Assembly (NCBI GenBank): GCA_031255775.1
Contig: JAIRRW010000064.1
Span: forward strand, 1 to 51,821
Reading direction: 5' to 3'
Length of the DNA stretch: 51,821 nucleotides
Origin: Clostridiales bacterium
GTDB taxonomy: Bacteria; Bacillota; Clostridia; Christensenellales; Pumilibacteraceae
The position numbers and the translations under genes were made by a program. The notes below the pieces were generated by a model. That model was not told the DNA's origin. It saw only the letters and a program-made list of their open reading frames with translations, and did not search any database. Position 1 is the stretch's first letter, and every line of letters starts with the position of its first letter. Of the stretch, positions 25,256 to 34,962 are shown one piece after another.

Positions 25256-27229
25256 TTAGCGGACTTCCGAGCCCGGCTCCGCGCCCTTTTCGGGGCAGAC
25301 GAGAGACAGGCGGTCGCCCTTGGACGAACAGAGCAGCATCCCCTGGCTCTCGATGCCGCGCATTTTGCGGGGGGCGAGATTTTTGACCAAAACCACGTCC
25401 TTGCCGGGCAGCTCCGCCGGGTCGTACCACCGGGCGATCCCCGACAGCACCGTGACGGTCTCGCCGCCGCCGATGTCCAGCGTGGATTTTAACAGCTTGT
25501 CCGACTTTTCCACCTTTTCGCAGGCCAGCACACGCGCGGTGACCAGCCGGACCTTCATAAAATCGTCAATCGTAATGACGCCCTCTTCCATTGCTTTTTC
25601 CTCCTGTGTCCCGGGCTGCTTATCGGCCTCCCGCGTCCCCGCCGGTTTGACCGAATTGGCGGCGGCCTTGGCGATAATGTCCTCTAAAAAGGTCAGCTCC
25701 CTTTCGATGTCCAGCCGGGGGAACAGCGCCTCGGCGTTGGTCGTCTGATAGGCGGCCACCTTGCCGAAGACCAGCTCGCCCGCAAACAGCGCCGGAACCG
25801 CCAGACCCAGACTTTGAAATATCCTTTTGGGCGCAACGGTAAGAAAGGGCAGCAGCGCGGCGGCCGCCACGCGCAGCGCCTCTAAGAGGTTGTAGATGAC
25901 CCGGCTTAAGACGGCGGTATCCTTTTCTTTAAAGAGCGCCCAGGGCTTGGTCTCGTCGATATATTTGTTGGCGCGGCCGATCAGCGCAAACACCTCCTCG
26001 GCCGCCCGGTTGATGAGCAGTTTGTCGATCAGCGCCTCGAGCTTGCCGTCCAAGGCGTTGACCGCGGCGATAAACCCGGCGTCGGCGGGGTCGGGCTTTT
26101 CGGGGCGAACGACCCGGCCGCCAAAATACTGGAGGGACATCGCGACCGTGCGCTTGACGAGATTGCCCAGATCGTTGCACAAATCTTGGTTAAAGAGGTG
26201 CAAAAAGGCCTCGCCCGAATAGGTTCCGTCCGACCCGAAGGGCACCTCGCGCAGGAGATAATAGCGGACGGGATCGATGCCGTAACGCTCGACCAGCACA
26301 AAGGGGTCGATGACGTTTCCCTTGGACTTGGACATCTTGTCGCCCGCCAGCAGCAGCAGCCCGTGGCCGCAGACCTTTTTGGGCAGCGGCAGCTCCAGCG
26401 CCATGAGGAGCGCCGGCCAGATGATCGAATGAAACCGCACGATCTCCTTGCCCACCATTTGGAGGTCCGCCGGCCAGTATTTTTTGAAGAGGCCGTCGTC
26501 CCCGCTCGCGTAGCCCAGCGCCGTGATATAGTTGGAGAGCGCGTCGATCCAGACATAGATGACGTGCCCCGCGTCGTTTTTGACCGGGATGCCCCAGCTA
26601 AAGGACGAACGCGACACCGCAAGGTCGGTGAGGCCGGGGTCGATAAAGTTGTTGACCATCTCGTTGACGCGGGATTTTGGCTCTAAAAAATCGGTCTCGG
26701 CCAGCAGCTTTTTGACGCGGTCGGCGTAGGCGGACAGCCGAAAGAAATAGCATTCCTCCTCCGTCTCGGCGACCTCGCGGCCGCAGTCGGGACACTTGCC
26801 GTCCGCCAGCTGGGACTTGGTCCAAAACGATTCGCAGGGCGTACAGTACAGCCCGCTGTACTTGGATTTATAGATGTCGCCCTTTTTTAGGAGCCTGTCG
26901 AAAATGGCGGAGACCGCCGCCTTGTGGTACGCGTCGGTGGTGCGGATATATTTGTCGTAGGAGATGTCGAGACGCTTCCACAAATCCTTGAGCTCGCCCA
27001 CGAGGCCGTCCACAAAGGCCTGGGGGGTGACGCCCGCCTCGGCCGCGCGCTTCTCGATCTTTTGGCCGTGCTCGTCGGTGCCGGTCAGGTAAAACACGTC
27101 GTATCCGCGCATCCGCTTATAACGCGCCAGCATATCGCAGCCCACCGTCGTGTAGCAGTGACCCAAATGCCATTTGCCGCTCGGGTAATAGATGGGCGTG
27201 GTGATATAGTACGTTTTTTTCGCGTTCAT
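25256..27229 (-). CDS. metG: Methionyl-tRNA synthetase with C-terminal tRNA-binding (EMAP-like) domain
   Basis: It carries the HIGH-type motif PSGKWHLGHCY, the KMSKS motif and a CPxCG zinc knuckle. A C-terminal OB-fold domain is present. Confidence 0.95.
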   Translation of the reverse strand: MNAKKTYYITTPIYYPSGKWHLGHCYTTVGCDMLARYKRMRGYDVFYLTGTDEHGQKIEKRAAEAGVTPQAFVDGLVGELKDLWKRLDISYDKYIRTTDAYHKAAVSAIFDRLLKKGDIYKSKYSGLYCTPCESFWTKSQLADGKCPDCGREVAETEEECYFFRLSAYADRVKKLLAETDFLEPKSRVNEMVNNFIDPGLTDLAVSRSSFSWGIPVKNDAGHVIYVWIDALSNYITALGYASGDDGLFKKYWPADLQMVGKEIVRFHSIIWPALLMALELPLPKKVCGHGLLLLAGDKMSKSKGNVIDPFVLVERYGIDPVRYYLLREVPFGSDGTYSGEAFLHLFNQDLCNDLGNLVKRTVAMSLQYFGGRVVRPEKPDPADAGFIAAVNALDGKLEALIDKLLINRAAEEVFALIGRANKYIDETKPWALFKEKDTAVLSRVIYNLLEALRVAAAALLPFLTVAPKRIFQSLGLAVPALFAGELVFGKVAAYQTTNAEALFPRLDIERELTFLEDIIAKAAANSVKPAGTREADKQPGTQEEKAMEEGVITIDDFMKVRLVTARVLACEKVEKSDKLLKSTLDIGGGETVTVLSGIARWYDPAELPGKDVVLVKNLAPRKMRGIESQGMLLCSSKGDRLSLVCPEKGAEPGSEVR

Positions 27230-27392
27230 GCTCGGGTATTCTCCTTATAATGCGGCTATTATACGCTTTTTGGCCGAAATTTGCAATGAAATAGGGCGTG
27301 TTCACATAAAATCATGAGCGTAAAATCGTGAGCGGCCGAATATACATAGTAATAAAGATTAGATAAGGATCAAATGGGGACAGGCGCGGACG

Positions 27393-28028
27393 ATGAATAT
27401 GATTTGGATGCTGCTGCTTATATCGGGGACGGCGGTCATGCTGTTTACCAACCCCGACGGCATTTTAAAGGCTATGCTGGACGGGGCGACCGGCGCGGTC
27501 GGCCTTGCGATGCAGCTCGTCGCCATGTACGCCTTTTGGCTGGGCTTTTTTGCCCTGCTCGAAAGGACGGGCGCCGCCGGCCTCATCGCAAAAATTTTGC
27601 GGCCGCTCATTCGCTTTTTGTTTAAGGACATCGACGAAAAGACCGAAAAATTTATCTCCATGAATATGTCCGCCAACCTGCTGGGGTTGGGCAACGCCTC
27701 CACGCCCATGGGCATCGGCGCGATCAACGCCATGAACGACGGCAAAAAGGCCTTTGCCACCACCAATATGATCATGCTGGCGGTGATCTCGGCGACCAGC
27801 CTCCAGCTCATTCCCTCCACGGTCATCAGTATGCGTATCGCGCACGGCTCGACCGATCCGACCGCCTTTTTGCTGCCCTGCATCGTCTCGACGGTCAGCT
27901 CGACCGTGATCGGGATCCTGTCGGTCAAGCTGTTGAGCCGGGCGCTTGGGCGCGAACCGAAGACCCGGCGCGGACGGGAAAAGCGGGCAAAAACGGGCGG
28001 GCGGCCGCTCCCCTTGGGTGACAAGTGA
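27393..28028 (+). CDS. spmA: Spore maturation protein A (nucleoside-recognition domain)
   Basis: It has the SpmA/Gate-domain membrane topology. It is paired with spmB, with which it overlaps by 4 nt. Confidence 0.75.
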   Translation: MNMIWMLLLISGTAVMLFTNPDGILKAMLDGATGAVGLAMQLVAMYAFWLGFFALLERTGAAGLIAKILRPLIRFLFKDIDEKTEKFISMNMSANLLGLGNASTPMGIGAINAMNDGKKAFATTNMIMLAVISATSLQLIPSTVISMRIAHGSTDPTAFLLPCIVSTVSSTVIGILSVKLLSRALGREPKTRRGREKRAKTGGRPLPLGDK

Positions 28029-28543
28029 TGGGCTGGACGGCATACATCATTCCGGTCATTTTTTTGACCGTCTTGCTCGTTTCGTTTTTTAAAAAGAAAA
28101 CCGGCTACAATATTTTTATCGACGGGTCGAAAAGCGCGATCAGCCTGATGGCGCAGGTTTTTCCCTTTTTGCTGACGGTTTTGGTCGCGGTCGAGCTGTT
28201 TCGCGCCAGCGGCGTGTCGGCCGCGGTCGCAAATTTTTTGTCCCCCGCCCTAAACCTCGTCGGCATCCCGGCGGAGCTGACCGAGCTCATGTTGGTGCGC
28301 CCGCTCTCCGGCGCGGGGGCGCTGGCCATACTCGACAACATCTTTACCCGGTACGGCGCCGATACCTATATCGGCCTGTGCGCCTCCATTATCTACGGCT
28401 CCAGCGAAACGGTCTTTTATGTCTCCTCCGTCTACTTTTCGCAGACCAAAATCAAAAACCTCCGCTACGCCATACCCGTATCCCTCGCCGCGACCTTTTT
28501 AGGGTGTGTTTTGGGTTGCTTGCTGATGCGGTTCTTTCTGTAA
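28025..28543 (+). CDS. spmB: Spore maturation protein B
   Basis: It is a 172-aa SpmB-like membrane protein translationally coupled to spmA. Confidence 0.75.
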   Translation: MMGWTAYIIPVIFLTVLLVSFFKKKTGYNIFIDGSKSAISLMAQVFPFLLTVLVAVELFRASGVSAAVANFLSPALNLVGIPAELTELMLVRPLSGAGALAILDNIFTRYGADTYIGLCASIIYGSSETVFYVSSVYFSQTKIKNLRYAIPVSLAATFLGCVLGCLLMRFFL

Positions 28544-28553
28544 AAACCGGCTT

Positions 28554-29381
28554 TTAGGTTTCTATAAAAGGTTTTTCGTAGGGAAAAGGCAAAATACACT
28601 TGCGCGGGCAGACGTCCGCGCAGTTGCCGCATTTGATGCACCTGCCGTAATCGATGGCGGCGAGGTTGTTGTTGAGCGCGATCGCGCCGGTGGGGCAGTT
28701 TTTTTCGCAGCGGCCGCAGGCGATACAGCCCTTTTTGCAGACGGATGCCACCTCCTTGCCGGTTTTGGTGTTGGAGCAGGCGACATAGACCACGGCGTCC
28801 ACCGGGATGCGGCCGATAATCTTTTTGGGGCACTCGGCCACGCAGGCGCCGCAGGAGGCGCAGTATTCGTAGCTGACCCGCGCCACGCCCGTCCTCTTGT
28901 CCACCGTGATCGCGTTGTACTTACATTCGTCCACACAGGCGGACAGGCCGATACAGCCCAGGGAGCACTGCTTATTGCCCCCGGCCAAAAGCTCGGCGGA
29001 CTTGCAGTCGCCGTAGCCCTGATAGTCAAACTTGTCCTTGCACGCCCTGCCGCCGATGCAGTGGACCACCGCGACGGTGCGCTGCGAATCGGCCAGCGGC
29101 AGCTCTAAAATGCGCAGGATGTTGTTTTTGTTTTCGGGCGAGAGGGGGCCGCACTCGGTCACGCTTGCCTCGCCGGAAAACAGCGCCTCGGCCATGGCCG
29201 AGCACCCCGCCCTGCCGCAGCCGCCGCAGTTGGCGCCGGGCAGAAACCGCTCGATGTCGTCGATCCGCGCGTCGCGGTCGACCGCCATTTTTTCGCCCAA
29301 AAAGGCCAGCAGAACGGCGACGACGCCCCCGATGCCCCCGATGAGCAGAACGGGCATGATGTATGTCAGAAATATCGGCAT
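28554..29381 (-). CDS. rnfB: Rnf complex subunit B (polyferredoxin)
   Basis: An N-terminal TM segment and multiple CxxCxxCxxxCP 4Fe-4S motifs are present. It is the last gene of the rnfCDGEAB order. Confidence 0.85.
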   Translation of the reverse strand: MPIFLTYIMPVLLIGGIGGVVAVLLAFLGEKMAVDRDARIDDIERFLPGANCGGCGRAGCSAMAEALFSGEASVTECGPLSPENKNNILRILELPLADSQRTVAVVHCIGGRACKDKFDYQGYGDCKSAELLAGGNKQCSLGCIGLSACVDECKYNAITVDKRTGVARVSYEYCASCGACVAECPKKIIGRIPVDAVVYVACSNTKTGKEVASVCKKGCIACGRCEKNCPTGAIALNNNLAAIDYGRCIKCGNCADVCPRKCILPFPYEKPFIET

Positions 29382-29384
29382 TTT

Positions 29385-29966
29385 CTACCCTCCAAACAGC
29401 CCTTTAAGCCCCATAAACGCCAGCGCCATGATCCCGGCGGTGATGAGCGCGATGGGGAGGCCCTGCACGCTTTTGGGGAGCGCCGCCCGATCGAGGCGTT
29501 CGCGAATGCCCGCCATCAACAGGAGCGCCAGCGTAAACCCCAGGCCGACGGCGACGGCGTTGACAAAGGCGCCCAAAATATTAAAGCCCTGCGAGATCAC
29601 GTTGTTGGCGGTAAAGAGCACGACGCAATTGGTGGTGATGAGCGCCAGATAGACGCCGAGGGAGGCGTACAGCGCGGGCGAGAGCTTTTTTAGGACGATG
29701 TCGAGGACCTGAACCAAAACCGCGATGATCAGAATAAACACGATGGTCTGGAGGTAGACGAGGCTTAGGGGGGCAAGCACATAGTAGTACAGGACATAAC
29801 AGACCACCGAGGCCAGTACCAGCACAAAGGTGACCGCAAGCCCCATGCCCAGGCCCGACTCGAGCTTTTTACTGACGCCCAAGAAGGGACAGATCCCCAG
29901 GGTGCGCATCATGACCATATTGTCGGTGATGAGGCCGGACAACAGGATAGAAAAAAACATACTCAT
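29385..29966 (-). CDS. rnfA: Rnf complex subunit A
   Basis: It is a 193-aa polytopic protein with the RnfA/NqrE signature (LGICPFLGVS). Confidence 0.85.
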   Translation of the reverse strand: MSMFFSILLSGLITDNMVMMRTLGICPFLGVSKKLESGLGMGLAVTFVLVLASVVCYVLYYYVLAPLSLVYLQTIVFILIIAVLVQVLDIVLKKLSPALYASLGVYLALITTNCVVLFTANNVISQGFNILGAFVNAVAVGLGFTLALLLMAGIRERLDRAALPKSVQGLPIALITAGIMALAFMGLKGLFGG

Positions 29967-30571
29967 TGCTTACCTCCCGTCCCCGCCCGAAACAGCTGCC
30001 GGCGGTTGCGGCGCTTGACCGTATCGATCAACAGGTTGAACAGCGCCATGAGGATGCCGAAAATGATAAAGCCTCCGGCGCTTTGCGAAAACACGCCGAA
30101 CCCCGCCAGCGTCAGCCCCTGGCGAATGAGCCCCAAGAGGCTGATGGCGGCGATAAAGCCCAGTCCCATCGACACGCCGTCGATCAGGGAGGGGAGCGCG
30201 CCGTGCTTTCCGGCGTAGGCCTCCGCGCGGCCTAAAATGATACAGTTGACGACGATGAGCGGGATAAAGACGCCCACGCTCTCGTTGAGGGCGGGGAAAA
30301 ATTTGGCGACGGCCAGCTCGACGACGGTGACAAAGGTCGCGATGATGACGATATAGCCCGGCAGGCGCACGCGGTCGGGAATCACCTTGCGCAGCAGGGA
30401 GATAAAGACGTTAGAACAGATGAGGACAAAGGCGGTCGCGACGCCCAGGCCAAAGGCGTTGGCGAGCGTGCCGGACATGGCCAGCGTCGGGCAGGTGCCC
30501 AAAACCAGCACGAAAACGGGGTTTTGCAGGAGGCCGCCGAGGGCCGCCTTTTTCAGCTCGTTTTTGTTCAT
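29963..30571 (-). CDS. rnfE: Rnf complex subunit E
   Basis: It belongs to the RnfE/NqrD family (LVLGTCPTLA). Confidence 0.85.
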   Translation of the reverse strand: MNKNELKKAALGGLLQNPVFVLVLGTCPTLAMSGTLANAFGLGVATAFVLICSNVFISLLRKVIPDRVRLPGYIVIIATFVTVVELAVAKFFPALNESVGVFIPLIVVNCIILGRAEAYAGKHGALPSLIDGVSMGLGFIAAISLLGLIRQGLTLAGFGVFSQSAGGFIIFGILMALFNLLIDTVKRRNRRQLFRAGTGGKQ

Positions 30572-31227
30572 GCGCGCCGCCCTCCCTGCGCTTCCAGCCT
30601 GCCGATAAGCGTGTTGGACATCCTGAGCGCCTTGTCGATCGCGCCCGCGCTGTAGCTGACGCCGCTGTGCGTAAATTTTCCGTCCAGCGCCGACACCTGC
30701 TTTCCGGCGTAAAACGCGTCCAGCTCCTCCTCGGTGATCCGCCGCAAAAACGACTGCTTTTCGTTTGAAAACACCCGCGTTTTTAAGAGGACGGGGCCGG
30801 GACGGTAGGCGGTGATCATGACGACATAGCCGCCCTCAAAGCCCTCGGCCTGCGCCTTGATCACGAGGCTTCCGGCGTTTTCGCCCTTGGTCGCCCGATA
30901 GACCTCCAGCACCCGATCCTTGGGCGTCTGGTTGTCGGCGCGGTGAAAGGCCGACCTGACCATGCCCGATTCGTCGAGGTTGAAGGCGTCGAGGTCAACG
31001 CCCGCCCCTTTCACGTCGAATATCTCAAAATAATCGAGCGCGTTTTCGTCGGCGGCGCCGGTCGGGCAGACGGCCGCCAGTTTTTGCGCGGTGTCGAGAT
31101 CGAGGACGGGGGGCGGCTCCTCCACCTTTAAAAAGACGTTGGCGACGGCCAGCAGCCCCACGCAGACGCCGGCAATCAAAAACAGGACGAGCCCGGCCTT
31201 GAGCATATCCTTGACGCTTTTATTCAT
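30568..31227 (-). CDS. rnfG: Rnf complex subunit G (FMN-binding)
   Basis: An N-terminal TM segment is followed by an FMN_bind domain (the motif ends ...SGVSYSAGA). Confidence 0.8.
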   Translation of the reverse strand: MNKSVKDMLKAGLVLFLIAGVCVGLLAVANVFLKVEEPPPVLDLDTAQKLAAVCPTGAADENALDYFEIFDVKGAGVDLDAFNLDESGMVRSAFHRADNQTPKDRVLEVYRATKGENAGSLVIKAQAEGFEGGYVVMITAYRPGPVLLKTRVFSNEKQSFLRRITEEELDAFYAGKQVSALDGKFTHSGVSYSAGAIDKALRMSNTLIGRLEAQGGRRA

Positions 31228-32372
31228 GCCTTGCCCTCCTCTCTCTTTTTTGTTTTATCGGGTATGTCCGGCTTGCCGGGCGCTTGGGGCGCGTCCTTTT
31301 TTTGCGCGGGCCTTTTAGCCTTGACGTAACCAAAGGGTCGGGGCACGATATAGCGGTCGATGAGGGGCGCCAGAATATTCATCAACAGCAGCGCGAAGCT
31401 CGCGCCCTCGGGATAGAGGCCGTACCGGCGGATGAGCACGGTCAAAAGCGCCAGCCCGCCCGAAAACACGGCGTTGCCGACCAACGTATTGGGGCTGGTC
31501 GAAAAGTCGGTGGCCATAAAGACGGCCATAAACAGGAGGCCGCCGGAGAGAACCTGCGCCAGCGCGTCCCCAAACAGCGCGGACGCATTGTCCGCCCCGT
31601 CGATGCCCGCAAACAGGAGCGAAAACAAAAACGCGCACCCGACGGTCATCAGCGGATACCGGGGGTCGATGCGCTTGCGGACGGTCAGGTACAAGAGCCC
31701 TAAGCCGATCGCGATGAGTGAGGTTTCGCCCACCGACATGGTGGAGACGTTGCCCAAAATCATGCTCAAAAACAGCTTGCCGCTAAGACCAGGCCGCGCG
31801 CCCGCGTCCGTCCCCAGCCAGGTGGCGCCGCTCTTGGCAAAGAGGCCGAAATCCGCCCAGGTCGAGGAGACGACAAAGCCGGCGGAAAAGCAGAGCATCA
31901 AGAAGATCCGCGCGGTGACCGCGGGGTTGGCAAAGTTGCGCCCGATGCCGCCGAATAGTTTTTTGACGAGAACGACGGCAAACGCGCCCCCGACGAGGAC
32001 GGCCAAAAGCGCGTCGAAGCTAAGCAGGATACCTCCGGCGGCGTCCTTGAGGTTGAGCCCCCAAATTTCCGCGTACGCGGGCAGGTTGAGCGTGAGGATG
32101 ACGCCGGTGACCAGACAGCTTAGGTCCCAACAGGTCGATTGGCGGACGCCCTCGCGTCCGAACGACTTGGCGCGGATGAGGTCGTAGAGGAGCTCCGCGC
32201 CCAAGCAGGCCGCGCAGCAGACCGCGAGGTTGAGGATCACCTGATAGCCGTAAAACAGCGTGGCGGCAAAGACGCAGGGAAACAGCGCGATCAGCGCGTC
32301 GAGCATGACAAGGCGGGTGGTGTTGCGCCGCTCGGTGAGGTGGGGCGAGGAGGAAACGGTCAGATTGTCCAT
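31224..32372 (-). CDS. rnfD: Rnf complex subunit D
   Basis: It is an NqrB/RnfD polytopic protein. The start was taken at MDNLTVSS, 5 nt after the rnfC stop. Confidence 0.85.
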   Translation of the reverse strand: MDNLTVSSSPHLTERRNTTRLVMLDALIALFPCVFAATLFYGYQVILNLAVCCAACLGAELLYDLIRAKSFGREGVRQSTCWDLSCLVTGVILTLNLPAYAEIWGLNLKDAAGGILLSFDALLAVLVGGAFAVVLVKKLFGGIGRNFANPAVTARIFLMLCFSAGFVVSSTWADFGLFAKSGATWLGTDAGARPGLSGKLFLSMILGNVSTMSVGETSLIAIGLGLLYLTVRKRIDPRYPLMTVGCAFLFSLLFAGIDGADNASALFGDALAQVLSGGLLFMAVFMATDFSTSPNTLVGNAVFSGGLALLTVLIRRYGLYPEGASFALLLMNILAPLIDRYIVPRPFGYVKAKRPAQKKDAPQAPGKPDIPDKTKKREEGKA

Positions 32373-32377
32373 AACGC

Positions 32378-33682
32378 CTAGAGCCCCCTTTCGCGAATTT
32401 GTTTTTTGGCAAGACGAATGGACTGTACCAGCGTCCGCTTGGCCGGGCAGACATACGCGCACGCGCCGCATTCGATACAGTGCTTGGCGCCGTACCTGAC
32501 CGCGGCGGCCGCGTCGTCCATAAAGATATATTTATCGATGTACATGGGCATCAGCCGCATCGGACAGGCGCGGTGGCAGCGGCCGCAGTTGATACAGGCG
32601 GTGGGGGACGCCGTCTCGGCCTCGGCCTCGGTCAACAGTAAGAGACAGCCGGCGGTCTTGGTGATCGAAACGCCCCCGCCGGAGAGCGCAAAGCCCATCA
32701 TGGGGCCGCCCCACAGCATTTTGACGACCCGCTTGCGGTCGTCCAGGCCGCCGGCAAAGATGAGGGCGTCGTTTAGGGTCGCGCCGACGGGCGCCAAAAA
32801 ATTGCCGGGCTGCTTGACGCCCTCGCCCGATACGGTCATGACGCGGCGGTACAGGGGGATGCCCTCGCATACCGCGTCGTGCACGGCAAGCGCGGTGTGC
32901 GCGTTGTGCACGATGACGCCCGCGTCCGCAGGCAGGTCGCCCGACGGAACCACCCGGCCGGTCACCGCAAAAATCAGCTGCTTTTCGGCGCCCTGCGGAT
33001 ACTTGGCGGGCAGCGCGCGCACGGACAGATCGGAAATATTTTCGTCCTTTATGTAGGCCTCGACGACGGCGGCCGCGTCCCGCTTATTGTCCTCGATGCC
33101 GATGATGCCGTTTTCCAACGAGAGCGCCCGCATCAGGAGGCGGCAGCCGGAAACGAAACGCGCGGTATACTCCAACAAAATCCGGTAATCGCAGGTGATA
33201 TAGGGCTCGCATTCGGCGGCGTTGATGATCAGCGTGTCCACCGCCGTCTTGGGCCGCAGCTTGACCGCAACCGGAAAGCCCGCGCCGCCCAAGCCCACGA
33301 TGCCCGCCGTCTCGACGCGTTCGAGAATGTCGGCAGGCTTGGGATTTTTGAGGGGCCGGAGGCGCTTTTCGGTGTAGAGCCAGTCATTTTCGACGACGAT
33401 ATGCGCGGCGGAACCGGTATGGGTGGGCAGGGTTTCGACGCCCCGGACATGGCCGGAGACCGACGAATGGATATTGCCGGACAGCGCGCCGTCGGCCTTG
33501 GCGATCAGCTCGCCCATCGCGACCTTTTGCCGCTCCTTGACGACGGGCAGCGCGGGCTTGCCGAGATGCTGGACAAGCGGGATATAGACCACCGCGGGCG
33601 CGGGCATCGGGACGATCGGCTTGTCCTTGGTCAAAGCCTTTCTGTCCCCGGGATGGACGCCGCGCGGAAAAGAGTTCTGCAA
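32378..33682 (-). CDS. rnfC: Rnf complex subunit C (NADH-binding, 2x[4Fe-4S])
   Basis: It has an RnfC barrel sandwich, an NADH-binding domain and two C-terminal CxxCxxCxxxCP motifs. The start is reassigned to a TTG preceded by AGGAGGGG (7 nt), giving (M)QNSFPRGVHP, which matches the canonical RnfC N-terminus. Confidence 0.85.
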   Translation of the reverse strand: MQNSFPRGVHPGDRKALTKDKPIVPMPAPAVVYIPLVQHLGKPALPVVKERQKVAMGELIAKADGALSGNIHSSVSGHVRGVETLPTHTGSAAHIVVENDWLYTEKRLRPLKNPKPADILERVETAGIVGLGGAGFPVAVKLRPKTAVDTLIINAAECEPYITCDYRILLEYTARFVSGCRLLMRALSLENGIIGIEDNKRDAAAVVEAYIKDENISDLSVRALPAKYPQGAEKQLIFAVTGRVVPSGDLPADAGVIVHNAHTALAVHDAVCEGIPLYRRVMTVSGEGVKQPGNFLAPVGATLNDALIFAGGLDDRKRVVKMLWGGPMMGFALSGGGVSITKTAGCLLLLTEAEAETASPTACINCGRCHRACPMRLMPMYIDKYIFMDDAAAAVRYGAKHCIECGACAYVCPAKRTLVQSIRLAKKQIRERGL

Positions 33683-33784
33683 AAAATTCCCCTCCTGTTT
33701 TTGTGCCTTAGCTATCATACCACAGCGGCCGAACAAGCGTCGGCCGATTACCCTATATCATAGCATATCCCATACGGACTTGTA

Positions 33785-34020
33785 AAGAAAAACGCTACCG
33801 CTTTTTCGGCCAAACGCGAATGCCGGAGGCATTCGGCCGAACTTTTACGGTGTCCGCCCCCAAAAAGTGTCATTTTTGGGGGCTCCCTTTTTTATCGAAA
33901 ACCATAAACAAAGCACACCCAAAAAAATTGGGAGCAAACAAAAACGACGCTTTTTGTTTGCGGACACCTTATCCCTCGTTCAAATGAAAGCAACGCGTCA
34001 TTTGAACGAAAGCGTCAGCG
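33785..34020. repeat. Copy H of the intergenic repeat family (composite, about 235 bp)
   Basis: CGAATGCCGGAGGCATTCG is followed by CCGAACTTTTACGGTGTCCGCCCCCAAAAAGTGTCATTTTTGGGGGCTCCC. Then come CAAACAAAAACGACGCTTTTTGTTTGCGGACACC and TTATCCCTCGTTCAAATGAAAGCAACGCGTCATTTGAACGAAAGCGTCAGCGTT. It supplies the stop of the TSUP C-half gene. Confidence 0.6.
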
Positions 34021-34473
34021 TTTTTTGTAAATCGTGATTTTTTCCTGCGATTCGCGGCGTTTCAGGTCGGCCGCCTTCCGTTTTTCGGCGCGTCTTTTTT
34101 TGACAAAGGCGCGGACGATGCCGGACAGCTGCCAGACGCCCAGCACGATGAGGAATATGCCGAAATACATCCGCAGGGAGCCCGCCTCGACACGGCGTGC
34201 CAAAATCGCGCTGAACACACTGCTGACGACCGCCGGGACGGCCATGAGCGGGAGGTATTTAAACTCGACCAGGCCGTTTTTGATGTGGATGATGAGCGCA
34301 ACCGCCGACATCGGGATAAACGCGATGAGGTTGACCGCCTGGGCAGCGTGCTGCTCGGTCTCGGTCAGCATGGTCAAGAGCGGGATCAAGAGCGTGCCGC
34401 CGCCCATGCCCATGCCGCCGATCAGGCCGCCGACCGCGCCGATAAGCACAAACAGAATGATTTTTAGGGTCAT
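34015..34473 (-). CDS. TSUP (TauE/SafE) family transporter, C-terminal 4-TM half
   Basis: It carries the DUF81 repeat with a GGGT-type glycine motif (GGMGMGGGTLLIPLL). It is 152 aa. Confidence 0.7.
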   Translation of the reverse strand: MTLKIILFVLIGAVGGLIGGMGMGGGTLLIPLLTMLTETEQHAAQAVNLIAFIPMSAVALIIHIKNGLVEFKYLPLMAVPAVVSSVFSAILARRVEAGSLRMYFGIFLIVLGVWQLSGIVRAFVKKRRAEKRKAADLKRRESQEKITIYKKR

Positions 34474-34499
34474 AGCCCCTCCTTGATTCTATTAAGTGG

Positions 34500-34612
34500 T
34501 GTTGACACTACTTAAATCTTTTTTACAAAAACGACGTTTTTTGTAAAAAAGTGCCGTATCCCTCGTTCAAATGAAAGCAACGCGTCATTTGAACGAAAGC
34601 GGTAGCGTTAGC
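34500..34612. repeat. Copy I of the intergenic repeat family, located between the two TSUP halves
   Basis: CTTAAATCTTTTTTACAAAAACGACGTTTTTTGTAAAAAAG is the inverted form of a copy A module. It is followed by GTGCCGTATCCCTCGTTCAAATGAAAGCAACGCGTCATTTGAACGAAAGCGGTAGCGTTAGC. The last 8 codons plus the stop of the N-half gene lie inside the element. Confidence 0.6.
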
Positions 34613-34962
34613 TTTATGCCCACCGCGATCATCAGGCACGCAAAGAGGAGCCCGACGACCTCGGGCTTGAGCTTTTTTAGGAGCAGCGCGCCCAAAACGC
34701 CGCCCCCCAGGCAGCCGGCCGAGGCGAACGCGGCGGGGAACCATTGAAAATGGCCGTTTAGGATATAGGTGACGGCGCTGGCGATGCTGACGGGCAAAAT
34801 CACCGCAATCGCGGTCGCGTGGGATTTTTTGACGGGACACTTGAGCGCCTTTTCCAGCGCGGGAACCAGCAGCATCCCGCCGCCCCCGCCGAAAAACCCG
34901 TTGACAAAGCCGATGACGGCCGACAGGAGCCCCGCGCCGCCGTACTTGAGAATTTTCTTCAT
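34585..34962 (-). CDS. TSUP (TauE/SafE) family transporter, N-terminal 4-TM half
   Basis: It carries the DUF81 repeat (GFFGGGGGMLLVPAL). The start is uncertain: ATG at 34962 or TTG at 34980. Neither has a clear SD. Confidence 0.6.
   Translation of the reverse strand: MKKILKYGGAGLLSAVIGFVNGFFGGGGGMLLVPALEKALKCPVKKSHATAIAVILPVSIASAVTYILNGHFQWFPAAFASAGCLGGGVLGALLLKKLKPEVVGLLFACLMIAVGIKLTLPLSFK

Noticed and set aside
27230-27392. T-box leader upstream of metG
   Set aside because: Only about 130 nt of leader is available, and no specifier-loop or T-box core (AATTAGGGTGGNACCGCG) is visible.
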